From contig CAXXXF010000015.1 in assembly GCA_963667175.2 (NCBI GenBank), positions 224,001-288,000 of the forward strand: 64,000 nucleotides of DNA, given 5' to 3'. Made by a program: the position numbers and the translations under genes. Each line of letters starts with the position of its first letter. Positions within the stretch are counted from its first letter, which is position 1. Positions 27,883-36,861 of the stretch are shown here, one piece after another. The stretch is from Candidatus Latescibacterota bacterium (GTDB taxonomy: Bacteria; Latescibacterota; UBA2968; GCA-2709665). The notes under the pieces were generated by a model. The model ran no database searches, was not told the origin of the DNA, and saw nothing but the letters and a program-made list of their open reading frames with translations.

Positions 27883-28626
27883 ATGGCGGACGAGCGGGTA
27901 TTCGTAGGGGATTTGACCCGGACGGAATTTCGAGAGCGGATGGAATCGGGAACGATTGAAGCGGCGATCGTCCCGACCGGCGCCACCGAGCAGCACAACG
28001 AACACATGGAGATGATTCACGACGCGTTTCACGTGACCCACGTCGCGGAACAGGCCGCCAGGCGGCTTCATCCCCGGGTCGTGGTGGCGTCACCCGTGAG
28101 CATTGGCGTATCGGAGCAGTGGATGGCGCACATCGGGACGCTGACGGTTCGGCCGGAGGTCTTCTGCGAGTACGTTTACGACGTGTGCGATTCACTCCGG
28201 CGGGCGGGGATTCGGAATATCCTGATTCTGAACGGCCACGGGGGCAACGTGAAACCGATCATGCGCCGCATAGACGAGTACCGGGAGCGGCTGGGTGTGA
28301 ATCTCCGGTTTCAGTCGTACTGGGACGTGTACGATCCCGCGCTGGTTTTCTCGACCATGGAGGCCGGACGCCTTCCCGGACACGCCTGTGAATTCGAAAC
28401 GTCGACGATGATGGCGCTGGCGCCCGAACGGGTGCACGCGGCGGATATGGTCAATGAGGCGGCGGGGCTGGCAACGAAGGAAAAAGGAGAACGGCTGCTC
28501 GGACTGGCGATTGAGGGTGTGGCGGACGTGCTGAGCAGCATGATCGCGGGAGAAGCGGTGGACAAGCCCCCGGTCACGTACGTGGACGGGCAGCGCATTC
28601 ACATGGTAACCGGCGACCCGGTGTAG
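27883..28626 (+). CDS. Creatininase family amidohydrolase
   Basis: GATEQHNEH...D, NGHGGN, GHACEFETS. Confidence 0.93.
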   Translation: MADERVFVGDLTRTEFRERMESGTIEAAIVPTGATEQHNEHMEMIHDAFHVTHVAEQAARRLHPRVVVASPVSIGVSEQWMAHIGTLTVRPEVFCEYVYDVCDSLRRAGIRNILILNGHGGNVKPIMRRIDEYRERLGVNLRFQSYWDVYDPALVFSTMEAGRLPGHACEFETSTMMALAPERVHAADMVNEAAGLATKEKGERLLGLAIEGVADVLSSMIAGEAVDKPPVTYVDGQRIHMVTGDPV

Positions 28627-28645
28627 TGTTCTGTCCAACAAAAAA

Positions 28646-28667
28646 TGGCGCCGCCCGGGGGACTCAA
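28646..28667 (-). repeat. Degenerate duplicate of the tRNA-Thr 3' end (att-like)
   Basis: TGGCGCCGCCCGGGGGACTCAA versus TGGAGCCGCCCGGGGGGTTCGAA at 28960. Confidence 0.65.
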
Positions 28668-28903
28668 GATTTATTCAACGTCAGGATGATCGTGACAGCC
28701 GTTCCGATGTTGGCGATGAGAACCGTCGTCAGCAGGCCGACAAGCCATTTGAAGTTGCTGTTGATTCGATTTTCGATGTTCGTAAAACCGCCGTCCATGC
28801 GGTTGTCCATATTGTTCAATCGCCTGTCGATGCTAATCAATCGGTGGCTGATCTGTTCAACAATCGCTTCCATGGCGGCGACGAGGCTTTCAATAGAGGG
28901 CAT
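28664..28903 (-). CDS. Small coiled-coil protein with C-terminal TM helix
   Basis: Heptads IDRRLNNMDNRMDGGFTNIENRI, then FKWLVGLLTTVLIANIG. Confidence 0.65.
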   Translation of the reverse strand: MPSIESLVAAMEAIVEQISHRLISIDRRLNNMDNRMDGGFTNIENRINSNFKWLVGLLTTVLIANIGTAVTIILTLNKS

Positions 28904-28959
28904 GTACTATGTGTTCTTTGTGCGGGCGATGGGCGGCCAGTGTATGACCGTCCAAAAAT

Positions 28960-29034
28960 TGGAGCCGCCCGGGGGGTTCGAACCCCCGACCTACGGATTA
29001 CAAATCCGTTGCTCTACCACTGAGCTAGGGCGGC
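28960..29034 (-). tRNA. tRNA-Thr(TGT)
   Basis: GCCGCCC acceptor stem, AGCTCAGTGGTAGAGC D-arm, ACGGA-TTTGTAA-TCCGT anticodon arm, GGTTCGAA T-loop, encoded CCA. Confidence 0.96.
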
Positions 29035-29114
29035 TTGAATTCACGACATGCTTCGCTCTATTCAATTAATGAATAACAGGGCGGCGATTCGGCCCGTGTG
29101 GCGCTCGCGGCCCG

Positions 29115-30527
29115 TCATGACCGCTTCCAGACCGTTCCTTCGGGCGTGTCCTCCAGCGTGTAGCCCGATTCGGTAAACCGGTCCCGAATCTCGTCCGCCC
29201 GAGCCCAGTTCCTCTCCTTCCTCGCCTGGTCGCGTTCCGCGATCAGCACCGCAAGATCCTCCGGAAGATCTTCCTCCCGGGCATCGTCGGCAGCCCCGTC
29301 GAAAACCCCCAGGACCTGATCGATCTCGTCCAGGAAGCCGTCGACCAGGCCGGCGCCGTCCCGATCCATCCGTCCGTCGCCGAGCAGGTCCTCCACCGCG
29401 TTGACCATCTCAAACACGGCGCTCATCGCGCGCGGCGTGTTCAAATCGTCATCCATGAATCCGACGAACCCGTGCCGGACCGAATCCACCAGCGGCGTTA
29501 CATCCTCCCCCCCGCCCGTCCGCGTGACCTCGCTCAGCCTGCGCCGGAAGTTGTCCAGCCTGCGCATGGTGTTCCGGGCGGCGTCGAGCACCTCACCGGA
29601 GAAATTAAACGCGGTACGATAGTGATTGCTCACCACCAGGTACCGGAAAGCCCGCGCGTCATCGGGCGTATTCACGATATCCCGCACGGTCAGGAAATTG
29701 CCCAGGCTCTTCGACATCTTTTCGTCGTCGACGTTGATATGCGCGCCGTGCAGCCAGTAATTGACGAAGCGCTTGCCCGTGACCGCCTCGCTTTGCGCGA
29801 TCTCGTTCTGATGGTGCGGAAAGATCAGGTCCACCGCCCCCGCGTGGATGTCGATGGTTTCGCCCAGATACTTGATGGCCATGCACGAGCACTCCATGTG
29901 CCAGCCCGGCCTACCCTTGCCCAGGTCCGTCTTCCAGAACACCTCTCCGTCTTCCGCTTTCCACGCCTTCCACAGCACGAAATCCCGCGCGTCTTCCTTG
30001 TCGTATTTGTCCGTGTCCACGCCGCTGGCCCCGGTCTGCAGCCCGGAAACGTCCAGCTGCGCCAGTTCGCCGTACGAAGGAAAGCGCCTTATTGAAAAAT
30101 ACACGGAGCCGTTGTGTACGTATGCGTAACCGTCTTCGATCATCCGCGAGATCATTTCCACCATTTCTGGTACGTGGTCCGTGGCCCTCGGCGTGTGATC
30201 GGCCGGGAGGATGTTCAACGTCTCCATATCCTCGAAAAACGCGGCCGCATACCGATCCGTGAGCGCCTTCAGCGTTGTCTTTGCGTCGCGCACTTTACCG
30301 ATAATATTGTCGTCCACGTCCGTAATGTTCATCACGTGGCAGACCCGATAACCCCGATAGGTCAGATAGCGCTTGATCAGGTCGAAAACGATGAATGTCT
30401 TGAAATTCCCGACGTGGGAATAGTCGTGAACCGTCGGCCCGCAGCTGTAGAACGTAACCCTGCCCGGACGGATCTCCTTGAACTCCTCTTTTTGCCGGGT
30501 CAGACTGTTGAATAGTCGAATGGCCAT
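29115..30527 (-). CDS. cysS: Cysteine--tRNA ligase
   Basis: CGPTV, HVGN, NITDVDD, GRPGWHMECS, FPHHQNE, KMSKSLGN. Confidence 0.97.
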   Translation of the reverse strand: MAIRLFNSLTRQKEEFKEIRPGRVTFYSCGPTVHDYSHVGNFKTFIVFDLIKRYLTYRGYRVCHVMNITDVDDNIIGKVRDAKTTLKALTDRYAAAFFEDMETLNILPADHTPRATDHVPEMVEMISRMIEDGYAYVHNGSVYFSIRRFPSYGELAQLDVSGLQTGASGVDTDKYDKEDARDFVLWKAWKAEDGEVFWKTDLGKGRPGWHMECSCMAIKYLGETIDIHAGAVDLIFPHHQNEIAQSEAVTGKRFVNYWLHGAHINVDDEKMSKSLGNFLTVRDIVNTPDDARAFRYLVVSNHYRTAFNFSGEVLDAARNTMRRLDNFRRRLSEVTRTGGGEDVTPLVDSVRHGFVGFMDDDLNTPRAMSAVFEMVNAVEDLLGDGRMDRDGAGLVDGFLDEIDQVLGVFDGAADDAREEDLPEDLAVLIAERDQARKERNWARADEIRDRFTESGYTLEDTPEGTVWKRS

Positions 30528-30531
30528 TGAC

Positions 30532-30583
30532 CTTCCCTCGTCCTTTCGTTCCCTCGTCTTCTCGTTCCCTCGTTCCCTCGTCC
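30532..30583. repeat. 8-nt tandem array (TYCCCTCG-like)6 between ddl and cysS
   Basis: TTCCCTCG TCCTTTCG TTCCCTCG TCTTCTCG TTCCCTCG TTCCCTCG. Confidence 0.75.
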
Positions 30584-30603
30584 CGGAACCCCGTCGCACG
30601 CGC

Positions 30604-31707
30604 CTATAGGGAGGTTTTCAGCCGCTGCTCCCGACGGCGCCTGTCAATAGCGAGTTGAATCAGGCGGTCGACCAGTTCCGTGTAGGATATCCCGCTCGCT
30701 TCCCACAGCTTCGGATACATGCTGATCCGCGTAAAGCCGGGTATGGTGTTGATTTCGTTGATCAGCACGTCGTCTTCTCCGCGCACAAAACAGTCCACGC
30801 GCGCCATTCCTTCGCAGCAGAGCACCTTGAAGGCCCGAATCGCCAGTTCCTGTACCTTGCGCACGGTCGCCTCGGGGAGGTCTGCAGGAATCGCCAGACC
30901 GGCGCCGTTCTCGTCTATATATTTCGCTTCGTACGTGTAGAAATCGTGATGCGGAATCACCTCACCCGGAACCGAAACGACGGGATCGTCGTTGCCCAGC
31001 ACCGAGACCTCGATCTCGCGGCCGTCCGCGTCGGCCTCGATCAGAATCTTGTGGTCGTACTGAAACGCCAGTTCGAGCGCGCCGGGAAACGCCTCCCGGC
31101 CGTCCACCCGGCTCACGCCCACCGACGAGCCCAGATTGGCCGGCTTTACATATACGGGCAATCCCAGCCGCGTCACAACCGCGTCGAAATCGACTTCGGC
31201 GCCGGGCCTGGAAAACGCCAGAAAATCAGGCGTCGGAACGCCGGCCTCGCGCAGCAGGCGTTTCATGACGTCTTTGTCCATCGCTACGGCCGAACCCAAA
31301 ACGCCGGCGCCCACGAAAGGAACATCCGCCAGTTTCAACATCCCCTGAACTGTGCCGTCTTCTCCGAATGGTCCGTGCAGAACGGGGAACACCACGTCCA
31401 GCGCCTCCAGCGGCCGGTGATCGGACGAACGTACGAGATGCGCGCCGCCGGTGTCCCGCGGCGCCAGCGTCACTCCCACGTCCGTATCCCCTGCCTTCAG
31501 CGCCGGAAGCGTGGAGCCGGCGGCCTCGACGCGCAGACGGGATGGAGCGCTCAGATGCCACTTTCCTCCCCGGTCGATTCCGATCAGAACAACCTCGTAT
31601 GTGTCCTTGTCGATTGCTTCTACGACGTTCCTGGCAGACTCCAGCGACACTTCATGTTCGGCGGATTTTCCGCCGAAAAGCACGCCGACGCGGATCTTCT
31701 TATCCAT
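30604..31707 (-). CDS. ddl: D-alanine--D-alanine ligase
   Basis: FGGKSAEHEVSL, LHGPFGEDG, KPANLGSSVG, NEINTIPGFT. Confidence 0.97.
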   Translation of the reverse strand: MDKKIRVGVLFGGKSAEHEVSLESARNVVEAIDKDTYEVVLIGIDRGGKWHLSAPSRLRVEAAGSTLPALKAGDTDVGVTLAPRDTGGAHLVRSSDHRPLEALDVVFPVLHGPFGEDGTVQGMLKLADVPFVGAGVLGSAVAMDKDVMKRLLREAGVPTPDFLAFSRPGAEVDFDAVVTRLGLPVYVKPANLGSSVGVSRVDGREAFPGALELAFQYDHKILIEADADGREIEVSVLGNDDPVVSVPGEVIPHHDFYTYEAKYIDENGAGLAIPADLPEATVRKVQELAIRAFKVLCCEGMARVDCFVRGEDDVLINEINTIPGFTRISMYPKLWEASGISYTELVDRLIQLAIDRRRREQRLKTSL

Positions 31708-31779
31708 CGACGATACCTCGAGCGATTGTTGGGACCCTTTGTGCCCGAACCCGGGAGTCACATTCTACGAGGCGCGCCG

Positions 31780-32502
31780 TCACGACGCCCCGGCAGCAGG
31801 TGGTGTCGGATCCCCTGAATTCCCGGATTCTTTCCTTTTCTTCTTCCTTCGCCACAACCAATACCCGATCCCGCCCGCCACCATCAGCACGAGAATCACA
31901 CGGTTATAGGCCCGCAGCACGTCGACCACGAGCCCCCAGTTTTCGCCCACCTTCAGTCCGAAATACACCAGCAGGCTGTTCCAGAGCAGTGTGCTGAGAA
32001 CGACGTATACAGACATTCGAACCGGATGTATCCGGCTGATGCCGGCGACGATTCCGACAAATGCCCGTACGGTTGGTAGAAACCGGTTGAAGATTACAAT
32101 CCGATCGCCGTACCTCGAAAATCCCGCCTCGACCCGGCCCAGGTTCTTTTCCGTGAGAATCCGGGACTTGAAGCCCAGAAAAAACGCACGCCCCTTCCAG
32201 TACGCCACCGCGTAAACCAGCAGACACCCCAATGTGCTGCCCAACCACATTGCCAGATAGGCCGGCGCCAGCCGGACAATGCCCATACCGGCCAGATACG
32301 CGCCGAATACGATCAGGGTATCTCCGGGAATCGGCGGTATCAGATTCTCCAGGAAAGCGCCGAGGAACAAGATAAAACAGATCAATTCCGGGGACTGATC
32401 GTCCAGGTACGCCAGAAACTGCTCCCATGCCTGTGAAAGGAAAGCAAGATCGAACGGATAATCCAACAAGCCCTCCATTGGAAGCGAATTCGAAAAACCC
32501 AT
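31780..32502 (-). CDS. DedA family membrane protein
   Basis: ENLIPPIPGD, RFLPTVRAFVGIVAG; start uncertain. Confidence 0.9.
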   Translation of the reverse strand: MGFSNSLPMEGLLDYPFDLAFLSQAWEQFLAYLDDQSPELICFILFLGAFLENLIPPIPGDTLIVFGAYLAGMGIVRLAPAYLAMWLGSTLGCLLVYAVAYWKGRAFFLGFKSRILTEKNLGRVEAGFSRYGDRIVIFNRFLPTVRAFVGIVAGISRIHPVRMSVYVVLSTLLWNSLLVYFGLKVGENWGLVVDVLRAYNRVILVLMVAGGIGYWLWRRKKKRKESGNSGDPTPPAAGAS

Positions 32503-32598
32503 TAGAAGCTACGAAACACGCGAAAACAACGAAAAATCCGTGGCTGAAATCAATTGCCACAAGAGGCCTGCCCGCGCGGCAGCCATATCAACGGACTG

Positions 32599-33804
32599 TC
32601 AGCCCGCGGACCCTTTTCCGTGGTCGACGATCCCGGCGCCAGGCGAAACCAGCGCGACCGCCTGAGCGGCGATTCCCTCTTCTGCGCCCGCGAATCCCAG
32701 GCCTTCCGTCGTCGTTGCCTTCACCGACAAGCGTTCCACCGCGATGCCGAGGGCCCCTGCCATCTTTCTCCGCATGTCGAAGATGTACGGCGCGAGCTTC
32801 GGGCGCTGCGCGATTACGGTAGCGTCAACGTTGATAATCTCGGCGCCCGCGTCATTGACCAGGCCCGACACCCGCTTCAGGAGAACCAGACTTGAAATTC
32901 CGGCATACGCAGGGTCGGCGTCGGGGAAATGACCGCCGATATCGCCCAGACCCATGGCGCCGAGAATCGCATCCGCAACCGCATGAGAGATCACGTCGGC
33001 GTCGGAGTGCCCCTGAAGTCCCCGGTCGAAAGGGATCTTCACGCCGCCCAGAATCAACGGCCGGCCGGCCGTAAGCCGATGGACGTCGTAACCCTGCCCC
33101 GCTCGCAGGTTCACGTTCGCGCTCCCGGCTCTGGATTTCAGGATCGACTCGGCCATCGCCAGATCCTCCGGCGCTGTGATCTTCAGATTGTCATCCCGGC
33201 CGTTTACCACGTGTACCGGGGCATTCAGGCGTTCGACAAGCGACGTGTCGTCCGTTCCCACGTATCCCGATCGGGCCGCCGCCTCGTGCGCCCGCCGCAA
33301 TATCAACGCGCGAAACGCCTGGGGCGTCTGAACCCGCCACATCCGCGACCGGTCGAGCGTCTGCAGCACGCGCCCGTTTTCGACCTCCTTGACCGTATCC
33401 GTTACGGGCGCGGCCAGCACCGCCGAGCCCTTCTCCCGCGCAAGATTGATGACAGCGTCGATCTGTCCGGGCAGTATCAGCGGCCTCGCCCCGTCGTGGA
33501 CCGCGATGACGCTCGCGTCGCCCGGCACCGCGCCGAGTCCCTGCGCAACGGAATCCTGGCGCTGCGCCCCGCCTTTCACGACGGCGGCGACCTTCCGGAT
33601 GCCCCACCGGCGGACCATCTCGCGGCATCGGTCCACGCGGTCCGACAGCGAGACAAGCACCACGTGGTCGACCTGACGCGCACGTTCGAATGCCGCCAGG
33701 GCATGGACGAGTACCGGACGCCCGGCCATGCTCAGGAACTGCTTGGGCAGGCCGTCCCCCATCCGGCGGCCGGCGCCCGCGGCAAGCAGGATTGCATAGA
33801 CCAT
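32599..33804 (-). CDS. ispDF: Bifunctional IspD/IspF
   Basis: [23 protein letters not shown] (IspD) fused to GQGYDVH, GHSDAD, GDIG.HFP, KATT.EGLG (IspF). Confidence 0.95.
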   Translation of the reverse strand: MVYAILLAAGAGRRMGDGLPKQFLSMAGRPVLVHALAAFERARQVDHVVLVSLSDRVDRCREMVRRWGIRKVAAVVKGGAQRQDSVAQGLGAVPGDASVIAVHDGARPLILPGQIDAVINLAREKGSAVLAAPVTDTVKEVENGRVLQTLDRSRMWRVQTPQAFRALILRRAHEAAARSGYVGTDDTSLVERLNAPVHVVNGRDDNLKITAPEDLAMAESILKSRAGSANVNLRAGQGYDVHRLTAGRPLILGGVKIPFDRGLQGHSDADVISHAVADAILGAMGLGDIGGHFPDADPAYAGISSLVLLKRVSGLVNDAGAEIINVDATVIAQRPKLAPYIFDMRRKMAGALGIAVERLSVKATTTEGLGFAGAEEGIAAQAVALVSPGAGIVDHGKGSAG

Positions 33805-33833
33805 AGTGACCGAACCGATCCCTGGAAGCTGTC

Positions 33834-34871
33834 TTAAAGAATCAGCATCGCGTCGCCGTAGCTGTAAAACCGATACCGCTTTCGCACCGCCTCTTCGTAC
33901 GCCTGCAAGATGAACGCCCGTTCCGCAAATGCGGAAACAAGCATGAGCAGGGTCGAACGCGGCAGATGAAAATTGGTGACCAGCGCGTCTACGAGCTTGA
34001 ACCGGTACGGAGGATGGACAAATAACCGGGTCCAGCCGGACCCGGGATTCAGCGTCCAGCGATCCCGGGTTCGCAACGCCGACCACTCGAGCGCGCGTAC
34101 GGTCGTTGTGCCCACCGCCACAACGCGCCCTCCATTCCCCCGGCACGCATTCACCTTCGCAGCGGTTTCCGGGCCGACCTCGAAGTACTCCGCATCCATT
34201 TCGTGGCGCCGGGGATCTTGCGCTTCCACGGGCTTGAACGTACCGGGACCCACGTGAAGCAGCAGCGGGACGATTTCGACACCGGACGACCGGATCCGGT
34301 CCAGGAGATCGGTCGTAAAGTGCAGTCCCGCGGTGGGCGCCGCCACGGCGCCGGGGATTCGCGCGTACACCGACTGATATCGTTTCCGGTCCGTCGGGTC
34401 CGCTTCCCTTCTGATATACGGGGGCAGCGGGATGCGCCCCTGGCTCTCCAGAACCCTTTCCAGGGATGTGGCGCCCTTGAACCGAACCATCCGCCGGCCG
34501 GAGGGCAGAACCTCCGTCACTTCCGCAACAAGGTCCGCGTCCTGAAAGGCCACTTTCGCCCCCTCCCGAAGACGACGGCCCGGACGCGCGAGAACTTCCC
34601 AGCAATCTCCGTTGCAGCGAACCAGCAAGAGCTCCACGGCCCCGCCGGAGCCGGGACGGTACCCGTTGAGGCGCGCCGGAAAAACGCGCGTTTCGTTGAC
34701 GACCAGACAGTCTCCGGGACGCAGAAAGTCCGGAAATGACCTGAACACCGCATGGTCAATCCGCCCGACTCTTCGATCCAACACCATCAGACGGGCGCCG
34801 TCCCGCTCCGAGGCGGGGAACTGAGCGATCAGTTCCTCCGGTAGCTCGTAATCGTAGTCGGCGAGGTTCAT
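33834..34871 (-). CDS. queA: SAM:tRNA ribosyltransferase-isomerase
   Basis: [46 protein letters not shown]. Confidence 0.97.
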   Translation of the reverse strand: MNLADYDYELPEELIAQFPASERDGARLMVLDRRVGRIDHAVFRSFPDFLRPGDCLVVNETRVFPARLNGYRPGSGGAVELLLVRCNGDCWEVLARPGRRLREGAKVAFQDADLVAEVTEVLPSGRRMVRFKGATSLERVLESQGRIPLPPYIRREADPTDRKRYQSVYARIPGAVAAPTAGLHFTTDLLDRIRSSGVEIVPLLLHVGPGTFKPVEAQDPRRHEMDAEYFEVGPETAAKVNACRGNGGRVVAVGTTTVRALEWSALRTRDRWTLNPGSGWTRLFVHPPYRFKLVDALVTNFHLPRSTLLMLVSAFAERAFILQAYEEAVRKRYRFYSYGDAMLIL

Positions 34872-34886
34872 GCAATCCGATTGGAT

Positions 34887-35111
34887 TCAACGCCGGGAAA
34901 TGAGGTTCAGGACCAGGGTCAGGACGATGCTGACCGCAATACACGTCACGATCGGGAAATAGAAGCTGAACCCCTCCCGGCGAACGACGATATCTCCCGG
35001 AAGCCGCCAGGGAAAGGAGATCCTGTTCCCGATCCATATCAGGAAGCCGACCGAAAACATCAGAATCCCCAGAATCATCAGGATCCTGCCAAAGCCGGAA
35101 AACTCGCTCAT
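34887..35111 (-). CDS. DUF2905 family membrane protein
   Basis: RLPGDI...FYFPIVTCI; directly upstream of queA. Confidence 0.85.
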   Translation of the reverse strand: MSEFSGFGRILMILGILMFSVGFLIWIGNRISFPWRLPGDIVVRREGFSFYFPIVTCIAVSIVLTLVLNLISRR

Positions 35112-35251
35112 GACGACGACCCTTCAGAGAAGCCAGAACTTACGGAATTCTGTACCCGGCGTCAACAGTCCGTTTAAAAAACAAAAACGTGAAACACGCC
35201 GCACCGCAGCGGTGGGCCGTTTCACGTCTGGCGTTCGGCTTGCGGCGACGA

Positions 35252-36286
35252 TCAGGGCGTGAAGACGACCTTCAACGCCTCCATATTCTCCGCCGCGGCA
35301 AATCCCTTTTCCCATTCGGCAAGCGGCAGCCGATGCGTAATGATGGGATCCACGTCGATCTTTCCGTCTGCAATCATCCAGATGGTCTTGTCCCAACTCG
35401 CGTATTCCGTCGACATGTTGAAATAGAGCGTGACGACCTTGGTCATTGCCGCGTCCCAGTCCAGTTGCACGGGCCGTTTGCCGGTAAGGCCGATCGCGCA
35501 AATCCGGCCCCACTTGCACACCAGATCGACAGCCTGGGCGATGGCAGGCGGCGCGCCCGAGCACTCGATGACCAGATCGGCCCCTTTTCCATCGGTCAAC
35601 GCCAGGCAGCGCTCCACCGGATCGGCCTCCGCGAAATTCACCACGTGGTCGACGCCGAGCTTGCGCGCCGTGGCCAGGCGCAATTCCTCGTCCGCCTGGG
35701 CGCCCACCATCATCACCTCCCTGGCGCCGGCCACCCGGGCGACCTGCGCGGCCAGCAATCCGATCGGGCCCGGACCCAGAACCACCACAAAATCGCCCAC
35801 CTCAATCGCCTGCCGATCGACAATATCCGTAACCGTATTGGCCGCCGGTTCAACCAGCGCCCCCTGCTCGAAACTCATGTGATCCGGTATGCGATGCAGC
35901 AGGTTCGTGGGATATTTCATATATTTCGTGAACGCGCCGTCTATCCCCCACCCCGGAGACCTTTTCTCCAGGCAGTTCTGAATATGCCCTTTTCGACAAA
36001 GGAAGCACTTGCCGCAGTGCAGCGTATGCGGCTCTCCAACCACACGGTCTCCCACTCTCCAATCCGTTACGGCCCGTCCGACTTCGACGATTTCACCTGA
36101 AAACTCATGACCCAGGACAACCGGCGGCCAATAAGGAAACGTATCGTGTTTCACGTGCACGTCCGTGCCGCAGATCCCCGCCGCCCTGATCTCGATCAGG
36201 ACCTCCTCGTCCGTAATCTCGGGCTCCGGCACGTCGCGCAATTCCAGAAACCCGACGCCTCGTTCGGTCTTGACAACCGCATCCAT
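35252..36286 (-). CDS. Zinc-dependent alcohol/polyol dehydrogenase
   Basis: GICGTD.H, GHEFSG, CxxCxxC, GPGPIG. Confidence 0.92.
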   Translation of the reverse strand: MDAVVKTERGVGFLELRDVPEPEITDEEVLIEIRAAGICGTDVHVKHDTFPYWPPVVLGHEFSGEIVEVGRAVTDWRVGDRVVGEPHTLHCGKCFLCRKGHIQNCLEKRSPGWGIDGAFTKYMKYPTNLLHRIPDHMSFEQGALVEPAANTVTDIVDRQAIEVGDFVVVLGPGPIGLLAAQVARVAGAREVMMVGAQADEELRLATARKLGVDHVVNFAEADPVERCLALTDGKGADLVIECSGAPPAIAQAVDLVCKWGRICAIGLTGKRPVQLDWDAAMTKVVTLYFNMSTEYASWDKTIWMIADGKIDVDPIITHRLPLAEWEKGFAAAENMEALKVVFTP

Positions 36287-36431
36287 AATCCGCTCCCTTT
36301 TTTCATATCAACGGCGGTTCGAACGCATCCGGGGCACTGCGAAACGGACATCCCGGGACGGGGGGTTCTCACCTGAACCCGTCACACTGCAAAATCCCGA
36401 GAAAGGCGCCCGTCCGAGACGTGAATTCCCC

Positions 36432-36460
36432 TTGAATTTCGGGGTTCGATACTGTATAAT
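36432..36460 (+). promoter_or_regulatory. Strong sigma70-type promoter facing dinG
   Basis: TTGAAT-17 bp-TATAAT. Confidence 0.65.
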
Positions 36461-36471
36461 CCACCATCAAG

Positions 36472-36663
36472 TCAGCCGCAATCCAGACAACGAACCTCGT
36501 CAAAAATCCGATCCTGCTCATCCGGTTCGTCGATTGAAAAATTCACGAGGCACCTTACGGCCTTGGAAGCGTCTTCCAGACGGTATCGGGCGGCGACCTC
36601 TTCCAAAAAAGCCATCTGGTGAGTTTCCAGCTGGATTTCGAAGGTCTGTTTTTCCTTGAACAC
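36472..36663 (-). CDS. Small hypothetical protein (63 aa) ending RCLDCG
   Basis: GGAGG RBS and GTG start; MFKEKQTFEIQLETHQMAFLEE...KAVRCLVNF...RCLDCG; has its own promoter. Confidence 0.7.
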   Translation of the reverse strand: MFKEKQTFEIQLETHQMAFLEEVAARYRLEDASKAVRCLVNFSIDEPDEQDRIFDEVRCLDCG

Positions 36664-36730
36664 GCCAGGGCCTCCATGCGGTTTCGGATTCCACCGTGTG
36701 AACTCAATATCTCCACGTATTCGACGGTCC

Positions 36731-36759
36731 ATGATAGGATTTCCACCTCGCATTGTCAA
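36731..36759 (-). promoter_or_regulatory. Sigma70-type promoter of the 63-aa gene
   Basis: TTGACA-17 bp-TATCAT on the minus strand. Confidence 0.65.
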
Positions 36760-36861
36760 TGGAGATTCAACTTCCGGCGCCCTCTTTTTCCGGAACGGCC
36801 GGTACCCGACGCGATATATCGAAGAAATCGAAACGTCTGCTGATCGCCGGCTCCCGAATTC

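Noticed and set aside
32599-34605. 668-aa extended IspDF
   Set aside because: The N-terminal 267 aa overlap queA in another frame; the real start is 33804.
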